Below, one piece after another: positions 1-9,240 of a stretch of 64,000 nucleotides of DNA (position 1 is its first letter; every line of letters begins with the position of its first letter). Source of the DNA: Planctomycetota bacterium (lineage in GTDB: Bacteria > Planctomycetota > GCA-002687715 > DRQF01); the NCBI GenBank assembly GCA_047639315.1, contig JBLINQ010000004.1, positions 9,303-73,302 on the forward strand. The letters are read 5' to 3'. The translations under genes and the position numbers were made by a program. The notes under the pieces were generated by a model. The model was given only the letters and a program-made list of their open reading frames with translations. It did not search any database and was not told the origin of the DNA.

Positions 1-1013
1 TCATTAACTTGAAGGTTGAACACCAGGTCTTGGTGCCCCGCTTGCAGATCGATCTGAAGCCAGATGCGGTCGAGACTTTTGGTGTCGCTCCCTCTCGGAT
101 TCGTCAGACGCTCAATACCTTTGTCAATGGTTTTATCGTGGGTGAAATCTTCGAAGGTCAACGCATGTACCGCGTGGTCGTGCGAGGCGATCCGAAGAAG
201 GTGCAAGACCCCGAAGCGATCGCCAGACTGCCGGTCGGGCTGCCCAATGGCGGCTACGTGCCGATGGGCGACGTCGCTCATATTGCTTTTGTACCGTCGC
301 CAAATGTGATCAAACGCGATGGCGGGTCACGCCGCATCGACGTCGTTGGCAACGTCAAAGGCAGAGACTTGGCCTCAGTTGCAACCGAGGTCGAGCAGGC
401 CGTGATGACGCATGAATTTCCGCGTGGGTATCACCCGGAATTCCTTGGGGAATACAAAGCACAGAAGGAGGCCAGGACTCAACTCCTTTCCCTTTGTGCT
501 CTCAGCATCCTTGGGGTCTTGGTCCTTCTGCAAACCAATTTTCGGTCGTTGAGGGCAACGCTCATTGTCTTTCTGGCCTTGCCGTTCTCTTTGGCAGGAG
601 GAGTCCTTGCAGTCTATTTCTCTGGTGGAATTCTCTCTTTAGGGTCATTCATCGGATTTGTCACTGTCCTCGGAGTGGGCGCACGAAACTCGATTATGAT
701 GATTGACCATTATCGCCACTTAGAACTTGAAGAAGGGGTTCCTTTCGGCATCGAGTTGGTACGGCGAGGGGCAGAGGAACGCCTGGCCCCGATTCTTATG
801 ACGGCATTGACCACTGCTCTGGCTTTGATTCCTATCGTGGCGGCAGCAGGCAAGCCCGGGACTGAGATTGAACATCCCATGGCGATCGTGATCCTCGGAG
901 GATTACTCTCTTCGTTGATTTTGAATCTGTTGGTGATCCCGCCCATCTATATGGCCTTCGGGAAAGGTGCAGCGCAGCGGGCAGATGATGAGATGATGGA
1001 GTCCAAAGTATAG
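1..1013 (+). CDS. CusA/CzcA-family heavy-metal RND efflux permease, C-terminal part (5' truncated by window edge)
   Basis: RND C-terminal TM helices with GFVTVLGVGARNSIMMI, ERLAPILMTALTTALALIP and PMAIVILGGLLSS motifs. Confidence 0.9.
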   Translation, partial: INLKVEHQVLVPRLQIDLKPDAVETFGVAPSRIRQTLNTFVNGFIVGEIFEGQRMYRVVVRGDPKKVQDPEAIARLPVGLPNGGYVPMGDVAHIAFVPSPNVIKRDGGSRRIDVVGNVKGRDLASVATEVEQAVMTHEFPRGYHPEFLGEYKAQKEARTQLLSLCALSILGVLVLLQTNFRSLRATLIVFLALPFSLAGGVLAVYFSGGILSLGSFIGFVTVLGVGARNSIMMIDHYRHLELEEGVPFGIELVRRGAEERLAPILMTALTTALALIPIVAAAGKPGTEIEHPMAIVILGGLLSSLILNLLVIPPIYMAFGKGAAQRADDEMMESKV

Positions 1014-1038
1014 CCACGGTGCAATGCGCACCGTGGCT
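1012..1038. terminator. Hairpin between convergent genes
   Basis: AGCCACGGTGC-aatgc-GCACCGTGGCT, perfect 11-bp inverted repeat; weak U-tract. Confidence 0.55.
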
Positions 1039-1056
1039 TGAAGCTATGCTCTCAGA

Positions 1057-2838
1057 CTATTTGACCTTGTCGAGGATGATGAAGTTTCGCGGTTGGAGTT
1101 TTTCATCCTTGGAGTGGAATGGTGACGCGGTGATGGTGTCACCCAACATGTGGTTCTTGTAGATGTTGACCGGACGAATGACGGCTAACTTGTCGTTGTA
1201 TTTGACGATCAATTGCACTTGGATCTTTGACGAATCGATCTTGTAGAAAGAACCGCTCGACCAACGCCAGCGTGTGTCTCTGTTCCAGGCTTCGGATGGA
1301 ATGCACGCGGCCAAGTACTTGGCACCTTTTTCTTCGGCATTCCACGTTTCTTGAGCGAGTTTGATGAGCGCGTCCCGTTTTGGACCCGTGAATCGATTGG
1401 CAGGCATTGCGTTGTTGGCAATGATCTCGGCCTCTAAGGATTTCGCTTGCTTGGCGATCCGCTCACGTGCCGCTTCCAGTTGCTCGACGTAAGGCTTGGC
1501 TTGTTTCTCACCGAAAGCTCGGATCACGATCAGTTTCTTTTCTGCCCATCCGAATCTCTGTTGGATTCCGCTGTTCTCACCGAAGAACATCGGTTTCTTT
1601 TCATTCACTCCTTGAGTGGCAAGCTTCTCTGCTTCAGCGATGTCGGCAGCAAACGAGCTTGGGAGTTTCTTCTTGTACTCCGTCAAGCGGTTGGCGAATT
1701 CTTTGCGTTTGCCCAGCGCATAGATCACTCGCTTTTCCATCTTGATGCCGGCATCTGTTTTTTGCTCAGCAAGCGGCTGATAGATTTTTGCGATGCGCCT
1801 AAATTCTTTCAGTGACTGGCCGTCCTCGGTAATGATTTGAGCGAAGCTTTCAGGCTGCTCAGCAGACATCGAAAAATTGCCATAGCGGCGAGCCAGGCCA
1901 TTCACGAGTTCGTAGTCCTTTTGATAGTTCGGGTAGTTCTCGAGCCCCGTTATCTTCTGAAGCTTGGCGCTTTCAACTTTGAGGCGTGACTGAAGTGCGC
2001 CCAAGAGATCCCCAGCCGCTTGGATCTTTGTACGTAGCGATGCGACGTCCGGATGGGCCGCAGGCAGCTTGCCAATGTAACCGACAGCTAAGTTGAACTT
2101 GGGAATACCCGTATTGATCGAGTTAAGCGCGGCCGTGACATCCTTGTGAAGTGGCTTGGGGCCAGCCGCGTCCATGCGCTTGACCACGTCGCTCGCAGGC
2201 TTGGTGTATTTCTCTGTTTCTAACAGGTACCAGCGGGCATCTTTGAGTAGCTTTTCTTGCTTGTAGTCGAGTTTCTTGACGACTGGTTTGTTTGTTGTCG
2301 TGGGTTGTTTCGGATTGCCTGTAGTTGCTGGCGGTGTACTGCCGGAAGCCGGTGTGCTTGATCCCGAATTGCCCCCGTTGATGATGGCCTCGATTTGGGC
2401 GATGGCTTTCTTCGAGGCCGCAAGTTGCTTGCGCCCGTCTCCGAGGTCCGATGAGTCGGCCGGGATATTGGCCATGATTTTCTCGGCGTCGGCTAATTTC
2501 TTCTTGGCAGAATCGAGGCGACTTTGCGTGAGTTTCTTGCGTCCACCTTTTGCTGGGCGGGCTGCCGTTCCTGCAGAACCCTTCGCTGCCTTGATGTCAT
2601 AATCAGCGCTCTTGATCTTCGTGATCGCGGCTTTGATCTCTGCCTGTTGGAAATTCGCAGGAAAAGCCTTGGGAGATCCAAGAAGAGTGGCGGCGATGAT
2701 GGTGAAATATCCGAGACAGGCCAACGGCCATTTCATGCTTCGGCTCAGTTGTTGAGTGTTCTTCATCGGGGAACTTCTTTCGCTTGGGTTGGAGGCGCTA
2801 AGGACATGGTGCATCGTGTTTTCGCCTCGGTCAATCAT
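1057..2838 (-). CDS. Exported helical hypothetical protein (start uncertain; 2814 or 2766 also possible)
   Basis: 593-aa ORF, signal-peptide-like segment (KWPLACLGYFTIIAATLLG), Lys/Ala-rich helices, S/T/P linker. Confidence 0.75.
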   Translation of the reverse strand: MIDRGENTMHHVLSASNPSERSSPMKNTQQLSRSMKWPLACLGYFTIIAATLLGSPKAFPANFQQAEIKAAITKIKSADYDIKAAKGSAGTAARPAKGGRKKLTQSRLDSAKKKLADAEKIMANIPADSSDLGDGRKQLAASKKAIAQIEAIINGGNSGSSTPASGSTPPATTGNPKQPTTTNKPVVKKLDYKQEKLLKDARWYLLETEKYTKPASDVVKRMDAAGPKPLHKDVTAALNSINTGIPKFNLAVGYIGKLPAAHPDVASLRTKIQAAGDLLGALQSRLKVESAKLQKITGLENYPNYQKDYELVNGLARRYGNFSMSAEQPESFAQIITEDGQSLKEFRRIAKIYQPLAEQKTDAGIKMEKRVIYALGKRKEFANRLTEYKKKLPSSFAADIAEAEKLATQGVNEKKPMFFGENSGIQQRFGWAEKKLIVIRAFGEKQAKPYVEQLEAARERIAKQAKSLEAEIIANNAMPANRFTGPKRDALIKLAQETWNAEEKGAKYLAACIPSEAWNRDTRWRWSSGSFYKIDSSKIQVQLIVKYNDKLAVIRPVNIYKNHMLGDTITASPFHSKDEKLQPRNFIILDKVK

Positions 2839-2999
2839 CGACAGCCTTTATCGGCTGGATTCAGGTCACCAAGTTAGGGAAGTGAGAGGAAGCGGCTTGA
2901 AGGCGCAAATTTCTACAAGCGTCCCAGCGAGAATGATGGCTAATCTTAGGCAAGAGGGGGAGGAGTGCCGCGCCTCAGGAAGAGTTCAAATGTGCAGAA

Positions 3000-3036
3000 A
3001 TAACAACAGCCCCAAAACACTCTGTTTTTGGGGCTA
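3000..3036 (-). terminator. Intrinsic terminator after rpsT
   Basis: AGCCCCAAAA/TTTTGGGGCT stem followed by T-rich tail on minus strand. Confidence 0.65.
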
Positions 3037-3063
3037 TCGATTGATCGGTTGTCCGTGAGCTAT

Positions 3064-3327
3064 TTAGCTCAGCTTTCCAACTAACCGCGACAAGTTCGAC
3101 TTGCGGCGGGAGGCATTGTTCTTGTGGAGGATGTTGATCTTCGCACACTTGTCGATACGTTTCATCGCAATGACCAAGGCGGATTGAGCTCCGTCTTTGT
3201 TGGCAGCTTCAACGGCTTCGTTGACGCGGCGGATCGCTGTTCTCATGGATGAACGCAGACCCTTGTTACGCATGCGGCGAACTTCGTCCTGGCGAACGGA
3301 CTTTTCTTTGTGTTTTGAATTAGGCAT
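3064..3327 (-). CDS. rpsT: 30S ribosomal protein S20
   Basis: 87 aa, basic; MPN..K.VRQ...RRMRNK..RSSMRTAIR and IDK..K.NILHKNNASRRKS motifs. Confidence 0.95.
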   Translation of the reverse strand: MPNSKHKEKSVRQDEVRRMRNKGLRSSMRTAIRRVNEAVEAANKDGAQSALVIAMKRIDKCAKINILHKNNASRRKSNLSRLVGKLS

Positions 3328-3370
3328 TTTTTTTTCTTCTGTTTATCGCTTTGAGCTGGAGTTTGTGTCC

Positions 3371-4741
3371 TTAGGACTCATTCTTCAAGCTATCGCGGAG
3401 GTCTTTGATTTTGTCGGAGACATCTTTGAAGCTGATATCGATTTCAAAGATCTGAGTATAACGGTTGAGAGCCTCTTCCATGTTGCCTTCACCTTCGTGG
3501 GCTTTGGCCAGAGTATAGACGAGCTCGAGGTTCTTCTCGTTGACGCCACCTTGGCCCTCCAAGGCGCCATCTAATTGCTTTATCGCCAGATCTCCCAAGC
3601 CTTTACGTAAGAACGCATGTCCCATTAAGGTCATCGCTTGGTACTTCTTGCGGGGATCTTTCACGACCAATTGAAGCTCGGTAATCGCCTCGTCAACTTG
3701 GTGTGCATCCAGTAAATATTGCCCCAATTTGAAGCGCAGGCTGGTGTCAGTGGGGTGGCTGTTTACCCGCCGACGAAATTCTACGACGCGAAAAGTTCTT
3801 CGATCTTTTAGGCAGAGACGGAGGTCGTCATCGACAGTTTCGTCCCCAGCTTTCATTGCGTCTCGTAATTCGCGGACTTTGCTATCCAGAGCCTGCATCT
3901 TGACATCACCATGACGATTGGCGGTGTCGTAGTCTGAGGGATTTAGCTCTAAAGCCTTGGCATATGCTTTTTCAGCTTCATCGAGCCGGCGTGCTTGGTG
4001 GCAAAGTGCGCCCAGGCGGAGCCAGCCATCAGCGTCGCCATCGTTGGCGGCAAGTTCCTGCTCGAGCTCGGTAATTGCTTCGCCCAAGTCTTCTGTATTA
4101 CGGATCAGTTTTTGTCGCTTTTCGAGCTGATCCATCTGATCCTTGCTCTTCGCCAGGTCTCGAGCGCTGGCAGCATTCTCGAATCCGCCACTCTTGATGG
4201 CCCCTTCGGCCGCCAAGTTCTTGCGCATCTTGATGGCTTCTTGGTCGCGAGGGGAGACTTTGAGCACCCGCTCATAGCATTCGAGCGATTGATCGTATTT
4301 CTTGCCGTCGTAGTAGAGCTTGCCCAGGATCTTCAAGGAATCGATGTCATTCTTGTCGAATTCAGTCACAACTGCGAAGGCAGCCTCAGCTCCAGCTTCA
4401 TGCCCAGCTTTCAGCAGGGAATGCCCTAATGACAGGTTGAGCCGGACGTTTCGCGGATCATTGGAGAGTGCTTTTTCTGCCTGTGAGGCCGCAGCTCCAT
4501 GCATTCGAAGCAGTTTGGCAATCCCGATCATGACGCTGTGGCCCAGGTTCTTGAATTGGGCGGTCATCGGCGAGGGATAACTTTTGGCGAATTTGGCTAA
4601 TTCTGCACGTCTCTTGCCTGTTCTTGCGGCACCACTATTGGGCTCCAATGACAGCACCTGATCGAAAATCGAGATCGCCAGATCGTAGTTCTTGCGTCCA
4701 GCTTCTTTTTCGGCTCGGTCTATGTACTTGGATGTATCCAT
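3371..4741 (-). CDS. Tetratricopeptide repeat protein
   Basis: Multiple TPRs (e.g. WLRLGALCHQARRLDEAEKAYAKALELNP), C-terminal IFEIDISFKDV; start at ATG 4741 after CAGGGG. Confidence 0.85.
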   Translation of the reverse strand: MDTSKYIDRAEKEAGRKNYDLAISIFDQVLSLEPNSGAARTGKRRAELAKFAKSYPSPMTAQFKNLGHSVMIGIAKLLRMHGAAASQAEKALSNDPRNVRLNLSLGHSLLKAGHEAGAEAAFAVVTEFDKNDIDSLKILGKLYYDGKKYDQSLECYERVLKVSPRDQEAIKMRKNLAAEGAIKSGGFENAASARDLAKSKDQMDQLEKRQKLIRNTEDLGEAITELEQELAANDGDADGWLRLGALCHQARRLDEAEKAYAKALELNPSDYDTANRHGDVKMQALDSKVRELRDAMKAGDETVDDDLRLCLKDRRTFRVVEFRRRVNSHPTDTSLRFKLGQYLLDAHQVDEAITELQLVVKDPRKKYQAMTLMGHAFLRKGLGDLAIKQLDGALEGQGGVNEKNLELVYTLAKAHEGEGNMEEALNRYTQIFEIDISFKDVSDKIKDLRDSLKNES

Positions 4742-4971
4742 GGGCCCCTGCTGTAAGTTGTTCAAGCCATAAGTCTTATGGCTATCCTGGTGGAGATGTC
4801 ATACTGTCGGCCATTGCCGCACAGAGCGCGTGTTATAGAAATTCCCCTTCCAGGGGTCAACAAATACAATTTCCAGGAATTCTTGGCTGCGAGTCTATTG
4901 GTTGCCGAGGTGGAAATGGCGCTAACATGTGGTCGAGTTGAATTGGCCCGATTGCAAACGAGAAGTTCATC

Positions 4972-5484
4972 ATGCGTATCGTCTACTATCCAGATCCTGT
5001 CCTGTTGAAAACTGCTGCCAGGCTGGAAGAGGTTCCAGAGAATCTAGATGAAATTTTGGAAGGGATGAGGCACGTGATGAAGCTCGAGCGGGGTATTGGA
5101 CTCGCCGCACCGCAAGTGGGTTTGTCCTTGTCTATTCTCTTGGCCAGCCCGACGGGCGAAGAGGGCGACGAGATTGTTCTCATCAATCCTGAGATTGTCT
5201 CGTTTCAGGGTGGCAAAGAATGGGCCGAAGAGGGGTGCTTGAGTTTCCCTGGCATCTGGGGTGAGGTCTACCGCCCGATCGGAGTCCTGGTGAAATATCG
5301 CGACGAAAATTTTGTCGAACAGACCATCGAGGCAGGCGAACTCCTTGCTCGGGTTTTGCAACACGAGATCGATCATCTTGAAGGCAAAGTCTTCATTAAC
5401 AAAATGCGTGAGTCTGACCGGACTCGTAATCGCCTCAAACTTCAAGAAATGCGTGACCAATTTGACGCAACGAATCCCGAATGA
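4972..5484 (+). CDS. def: Peptide deformylase
   Basis: GIGLAAPQVG, EGCLSFP and QHEIDHLEG motifs. Confidence 0.97.
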   Translation: MRIVYYPDPVLLKTAARLEEVPENLDEILEGMRHVMKLERGIGLAAPQVGLSLSILLASPTGEEGDEIVLINPEIVSFQGGKEWAEEGCLSFPGIWGEVYRPIGVLVKYRDENFVEQTIEAGELLARVLQHEIDHLEGKVFINKMRESDRTRNRLKLQEMRDQFDATNPE

Positions 5485-6425
5485 GGATCTATCGTTCGCT
5501 CGACGAGGCCGCTGAGGCCAAATTTCGGCACCCTGTCTGTACTCTCGGCGTTTTCGACGGGGTTCATGTTGGGCACAGGTTCGTCATGAGGGAGTGCATG
5601 TCCTTGGCGGCTGAGCGAGGCGGCGAGAGCGTTGTCGTCACCTTCAACCAGCATCCTCGCGGGATTATCGCTGACCTGCCACCGAAGCTTATCACGCCGA
5701 TCGAGCATCGCCTCAATCTATTCGATGACCTGGGAATCGATCATTGTTTGGCCTTGTCCTTTGACGATGATCTCCGTCAAGTCGAGGCCGTCGATTTCGC
5801 TCATCAAGTTTTTGAAGACATCATCGGCGCTGAAGTTGTGGTCCTGGGACACAATTGTCGTTTCGGAAAAGACCGGGTTGGGAGCGCAGAGTTCCTGATG
5901 GCCTCGAGTCTGGACTACTCTTTTGCCACTCAGAAAGCTCCAGAGATTCGCGTTGGTCAGACGATCCTTTCTAGCACCAACATCCGCGCTTCGATTGAAG
6001 ATGGGGACTTGAAATTGGCTTCTACGATGTTGGGACGTCCCTTTTCATTGTTCGGGACAGTCGTCGGCGGTGATCAACGTGGGCGCACGATTGGCTTCCC
6101 AACCGCGAATTTGGATCTTCACCATGGGCTCCTCCCACCTTTGGGCGTTTACGGCTGTCGTGTTGTGGTTGACGGCGTCACCCACAACGCTTTGACAAAC
6201 ATCGGTGTGCGTCCGACTTTTGAGGACGCAGAGTCCGGGATGCCGTTGGTCGAAGCCCATTTGCTGAATTTCTCGGGTGATTTGTATGGCCAAGACTTGG
6301 AACTCGTTTTCCTCACTTGGCTCCGCGCAGAGAAGAAATTTGACGGTATTGAGGCGCTAAAAGCGCAAATTGCCCAAGATCGCACATCATTCCTCAACTA
6401 CTTGGATGGTGGAACAGCTGGCTGA
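5481..6425 (+). CDS. ribF: Bifunctional riboflavin kinase/FAD synthetase
   Basis: GVFDGVHVGH, SSTNIR, GRTIGFPTANL, NIGVRPTF and VEAHLL motifs; ATGA overlap with def. Confidence 0.97.
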   Translation: MRIYRSLDEAAEAKFRHPVCTLGVFDGVHVGHRFVMRECMSLAAERGGESVVVTFNQHPRGIIADLPPKLITPIEHRLNLFDDLGIDHCLALSFDDDLRQVEAVDFAHQVFEDIIGAEVVVLGHNCRFGKDRVGSAEFLMASSLDYSFATQKAPEIRVGQTILSSTNIRASIEDGDLKLASTMLGRPFSLFGTVVGGDQRGRTIGFPTANLDLHHGLLPPLGVYGCRVVVDGVTHNALTNIGVRPTFEDAESGMPLVEAHLLNFSGDLYGQDLELVFLTWLRAEKKFDGIEALKAQIAQDRTSFLNYLDGGTAG

Positions 6426-6469
6426 ATTGGCTGATAGAACCCTTTGAGAGGGAACCAGAAAATCTGCCA

Positions 6470-6498
6470 TTGATTCCCTTGATTTGATTCCTTACCAT
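6470..6498 (+). promoter_or_regulatory. Putative sigma70 promoter of tRNA-Phe
   Basis: TTGATT-N17-TACCAT upstream of the tRNA. Confidence 0.5.
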
Positions 6499-6541
6499 CC
6501 GGCCGAAAATTGCCTGATCGTCAAGATTGAGGCTCTTCAGT

Positions 6542-6614
6542 GGCCGGATAGCTCAGTTGGTAGAGCACCGCATTGAAAATGCGGGTGTCGGCAGTTCAAG
6601 TCTGCCTCCGGCCA
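6542..6614 (+). tRNA. tRNA-Phe (GAA), CCA not encoded
   Basis: Cloverleaf: GGCCGGA/TCCGGCC acceptor, AGCTCAGTTGGTAGAGC D arm, CCGCA-TTGAAAA-TGCGG anticodon arm, GTTCAAGTC T loop. Confidence 0.97.
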
Positions 6615-6772
6615 CTCTTTTTTCTTTTTCCCAATTCCCACCGACATGCCACTCGGGAACTGGGACGCGGGTCCCGCGAAAAATTTCCATATTATTTTTG
6701 CTTCGACACAATAGAGCAGCTTCATTCAGCGTTAGAATTGAGTGGATACTCTCAGTTTGAGAAAGCAAAAAG

Positions 6773-7738
6773 ATGATCAGTACGGAACCAACCAAGAACC
6801 AGCCTAAGAGCGAGATCTTGACCATGCAGTGCATGGAGGTTTGGGGCGGTAATAGCCACGCTGACACGCACGTCGAAATGGGTGGTCTCGATGCTTGGGT
6901 TGTGAGTCGGCCGCTCAAAGGTGCGACTTCAGGCGGTGACGTCCATTACCTTTCTTCCTGTGCTACTGGGCGAGTGGCGCGCATGCTCCTGGCTGATGTG
7001 AGTGGCCATGGTCAAGAAGTCGCTCGTATTTCGGACCAGCTTTGCCGGCTGATGCGCCGTTTCGTCAACTACATCGACCAATCACGCTTTGTCGAAGACC
7101 TGAATACGTCATTCCACGAACTGGAAGTGGAGAGCAACTTTGCCACCGCCTTGGTCTTGTCATGGTTTGGGCCCAATCGTGAACTGACTGTTTCGAACGC
7201 CGGGCATCCCAGCCCCTTAATCTACAATCACAAGAAGAAGTCCTGGAGTTACCTTGCCGAACCCGAGTCCAAGGCAGGCTCGTCACTACGTAATGTCCCG
7301 TTCGGCGTCGTCCATGATGTCAGGTATGACGAAGTTCGTTGCCATTTGGAGCCAGGCGACCAGATGTTGTGTTTTAGCGATGGGCTGATCGAAACTCTTG
7401 GTGATGGCAGCGGCCGAGTCGGACAAGCCAAGCTCCTTCAATTGATGAATGAGCAGAAGGTCAACGATCCTTCCGCCATCGTCCACGACCTCACCAATTT
7501 GGTCGAGTCAAGATGTGACGATGACCTCACTTTGATGCTGCTCCGGCCCAACGAAGATTGCCCTTGGAGCTGTGCCATTAACAAGCTGAAGGCTCCCTGG
7601 CATATCGTTCGAGGCGTAATCAAAGCCTTTAAAGATAGGGCTCGCCCCGTACCATGGCCGGAAATCTCCATCGCCAATCTGGGCGGAGCCATGATTGACG
7701 GCCTCAATCGCTTTCGGAAGTCCCCAAAAGACCTCTAA
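6773..7738 (+). CDS. Stand-alone SpoIIE/RsbU-type PP2C protein phosphatase
   Basis: GGDVH, LADVSGHG, NAGHP, FSDGL and DDDLT motifs; no sensor domain. Confidence 0.9.
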   Translation: MISTEPTKNQPKSEILTMQCMEVWGGNSHADTHVEMGGLDAWVVSRPLKGATSGGDVHYLSSCATGRVARMLLADVSGHGQEVARISDQLCRLMRRFVNYIDQSRFVEDLNTSFHELEVESNFATALVLSWFGPNRELTVSNAGHPSPLIYNHKKKSWSYLAEPESKAGSSLRNVPFGVVHDVRYDEVRCHLEPGDQMLCFSDGLIETLGDGSGRVGQAKLLQLMNEQKVNDPSAIVHDLTNLVESRCDDDLTLMLLRPNEDCPWSCAINKLKAPWHIVRGVIKAFKDRARPVPWPEISIANLGGAMIDGLNRFRKSPKDL

Positions 7739-7888
7739 GCACTCTCTGATGTCGATCTCGCCACATTCCAGCATTTTGCCGAGAAAGTGCGGGACATATG
7801 CGTGTGAAGGGTGTTTCATGGTCTGGCTCGCCCCTACTAAGGTGCGCTCGCTTCACGATTCAATTGATCCGAACAAAGGAGGCATCGA

Positions 7889-8938
7889 ATGCCGAAGACG
7901 TATCCTGCAATCCTCATGGCCATTTTTATGGCCTCTTGCGTTCTCACAGTCCAGGCCCAGGAAGCAGAAAAACCTGCGCCAAAGACCATCACCTTCACCA
8001 AGAAAGCACCCGTCACCGGCGATTTCTTTGGATCCCTGCAAAAATCGTCTAACGACACCTCGATGGAAATTACCAGAGACGGCGAATCTCAGGATCCACG
8101 CAAAACTGTGACGAAGTCAGATGTCACCCGCGAGGTCACCATCTTGGCTGCCAACAAAGAAGGTGCAGTCACGAAAGCTAAGGTCTTCTACAAGAAGATT
8201 ACTCAAGTTCGCCCAACTCGTGGCGGCAGGGGCGGCGGCCGTCGTCCCGGTGGTGGTGGTCGCGAAGACGCAACTCCGCGGGCTCAAATGAGTGACCTGG
8301 ATGGACAGGCTTTCATCCTCGATTTCTCTGGCGAAACAACGAAGGTGATGAATGCAGAAGGGGAAGCAGCTGCTGAAAACCTAAGTAAGTTGGTTCTTCG
8401 CCAAGAGTCGAAAGACAACAAGTTCACTGGCTGGGGCACGAACATGATCGACGTGCTTGGCAAAAACAAGGTGGCAGTTGGCGAGTCGATTACTTTGGAC
8501 AAGAAACGTCTTGGCCTTTTGGTCCGTTCCCAAAACCGCAATGGTGGACGTATGGGCGGTCGCCGAGGTGGACGTGGCGGACGTGGCGGACGCGGTGGCG
8601 ACGGCGCTCCAGCTGCTGAAGCTCCAGAAACAATGAAGGCCACTTTGACGTTGAAGGCCACTAAAAAAGTCTTCGGTGTTGAGTGCGCTGAATTCGAACT
8701 GTCCATGACTGATTCGGCTTCAACCGACAATGAGATGATGTCCCGCGATTCGAACCAGAAGCTTGCCGGCACCGTTCTGATCGGTATCGATAATGGATGG
8801 CTCTACAACCTGAGCGTTGATGGAACCCAATCGTCTTCCATGTCGATGTCTCGAGGTGACTCCGAAATGGAGATGGAATCGAGCGGAACCACAAAATCAA
8901 CAAAACAAGTGGTCTACTCGAAGAAGAAGCTTCAGTAG
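7889..8938 (+). CDS. Exported hypothetical protein with two RGG-rich loops
   Basis: Signal peptide (VQA|Q), AAGGAGG RBS, beta-rich sequence, RGG tracts. Confidence 0.8.
   Translation: MPKTYPAILMAIFMASCVLTVQAQEAEKPAPKTITFTKKAPVTGDFFGSLQKSSNDTSMEITRDGESQDPRKTVTKSDVTREVTILAANKEGAVTKAKVFYKKITQVRPTRGGRGGGRRPGGGGREDATPRAQMSDLDGQAFILDFSGETTKVMNAEGEAAAENLSKLVLRQESKDNKFTGWGTNMIDVLGKNKVAVGESITLDKKRLGLLVRSQNRNGGRMGGRRGGRGGRGGRGGDGAPAAEAPETMKATLTLKATKKVFGVECAEFELSMTDSASTDNEMMSRDSNQKLAGTVLIGIDNGWLYNLSVDGTQSSSMSMSRGDSEMEMESSGTTKSTKQVVYSKKKLQ
8568..8600 (+). repeat. 9-bp coding tandem repeat (GGCGGACGT-like) encoding GGR repeats
   Basis: ggtggacgt ggcggacgt ggcggacgc ggtggc. Confidence 0.6.
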
Positions 8939-8994
8939 GAACATTCAAGAACATGTCCTCGGCCTTCATGGGCTCCGGGTTCAAGTGATAGGAG

Positions 8995-9023
8995 AAGCCG
9001 TCCCCATTGGGGGCGGCTTTTTT
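8995..9023 (+). terminator. Intrinsic terminator
   Basis: AAGCCGTCCCC-att-GGGGGCGGCTT followed by T run. Confidence 0.8.
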
Positions 9024-9240
9024 CTTGGGGGCGAGGTTCTCGGCGTTGCAGGGCGATGACCGATTCAGGGCAGCCAAAACCATAGGCCGATGATCAGGCG
9101 TGAGAGCCCACGAATTGGGTTCTCTGGCGCCTCTGCAGTAGGTCTCGGGAGCAATCTACTCGGCGCTTGCCCTCCCGCCGTCGGAATCGCACAATAACCG
9201 CGATGCGAGCGTAGAGATCGTCGATTTAGCGAGGAAGTAC

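Noticed and set aside
6615-6772. Integrative element at a tRNA (also checked after tRNA-Met and tRNA-Ser)
   Set aside because: No integrase and no duplicated tRNA 3' end seen
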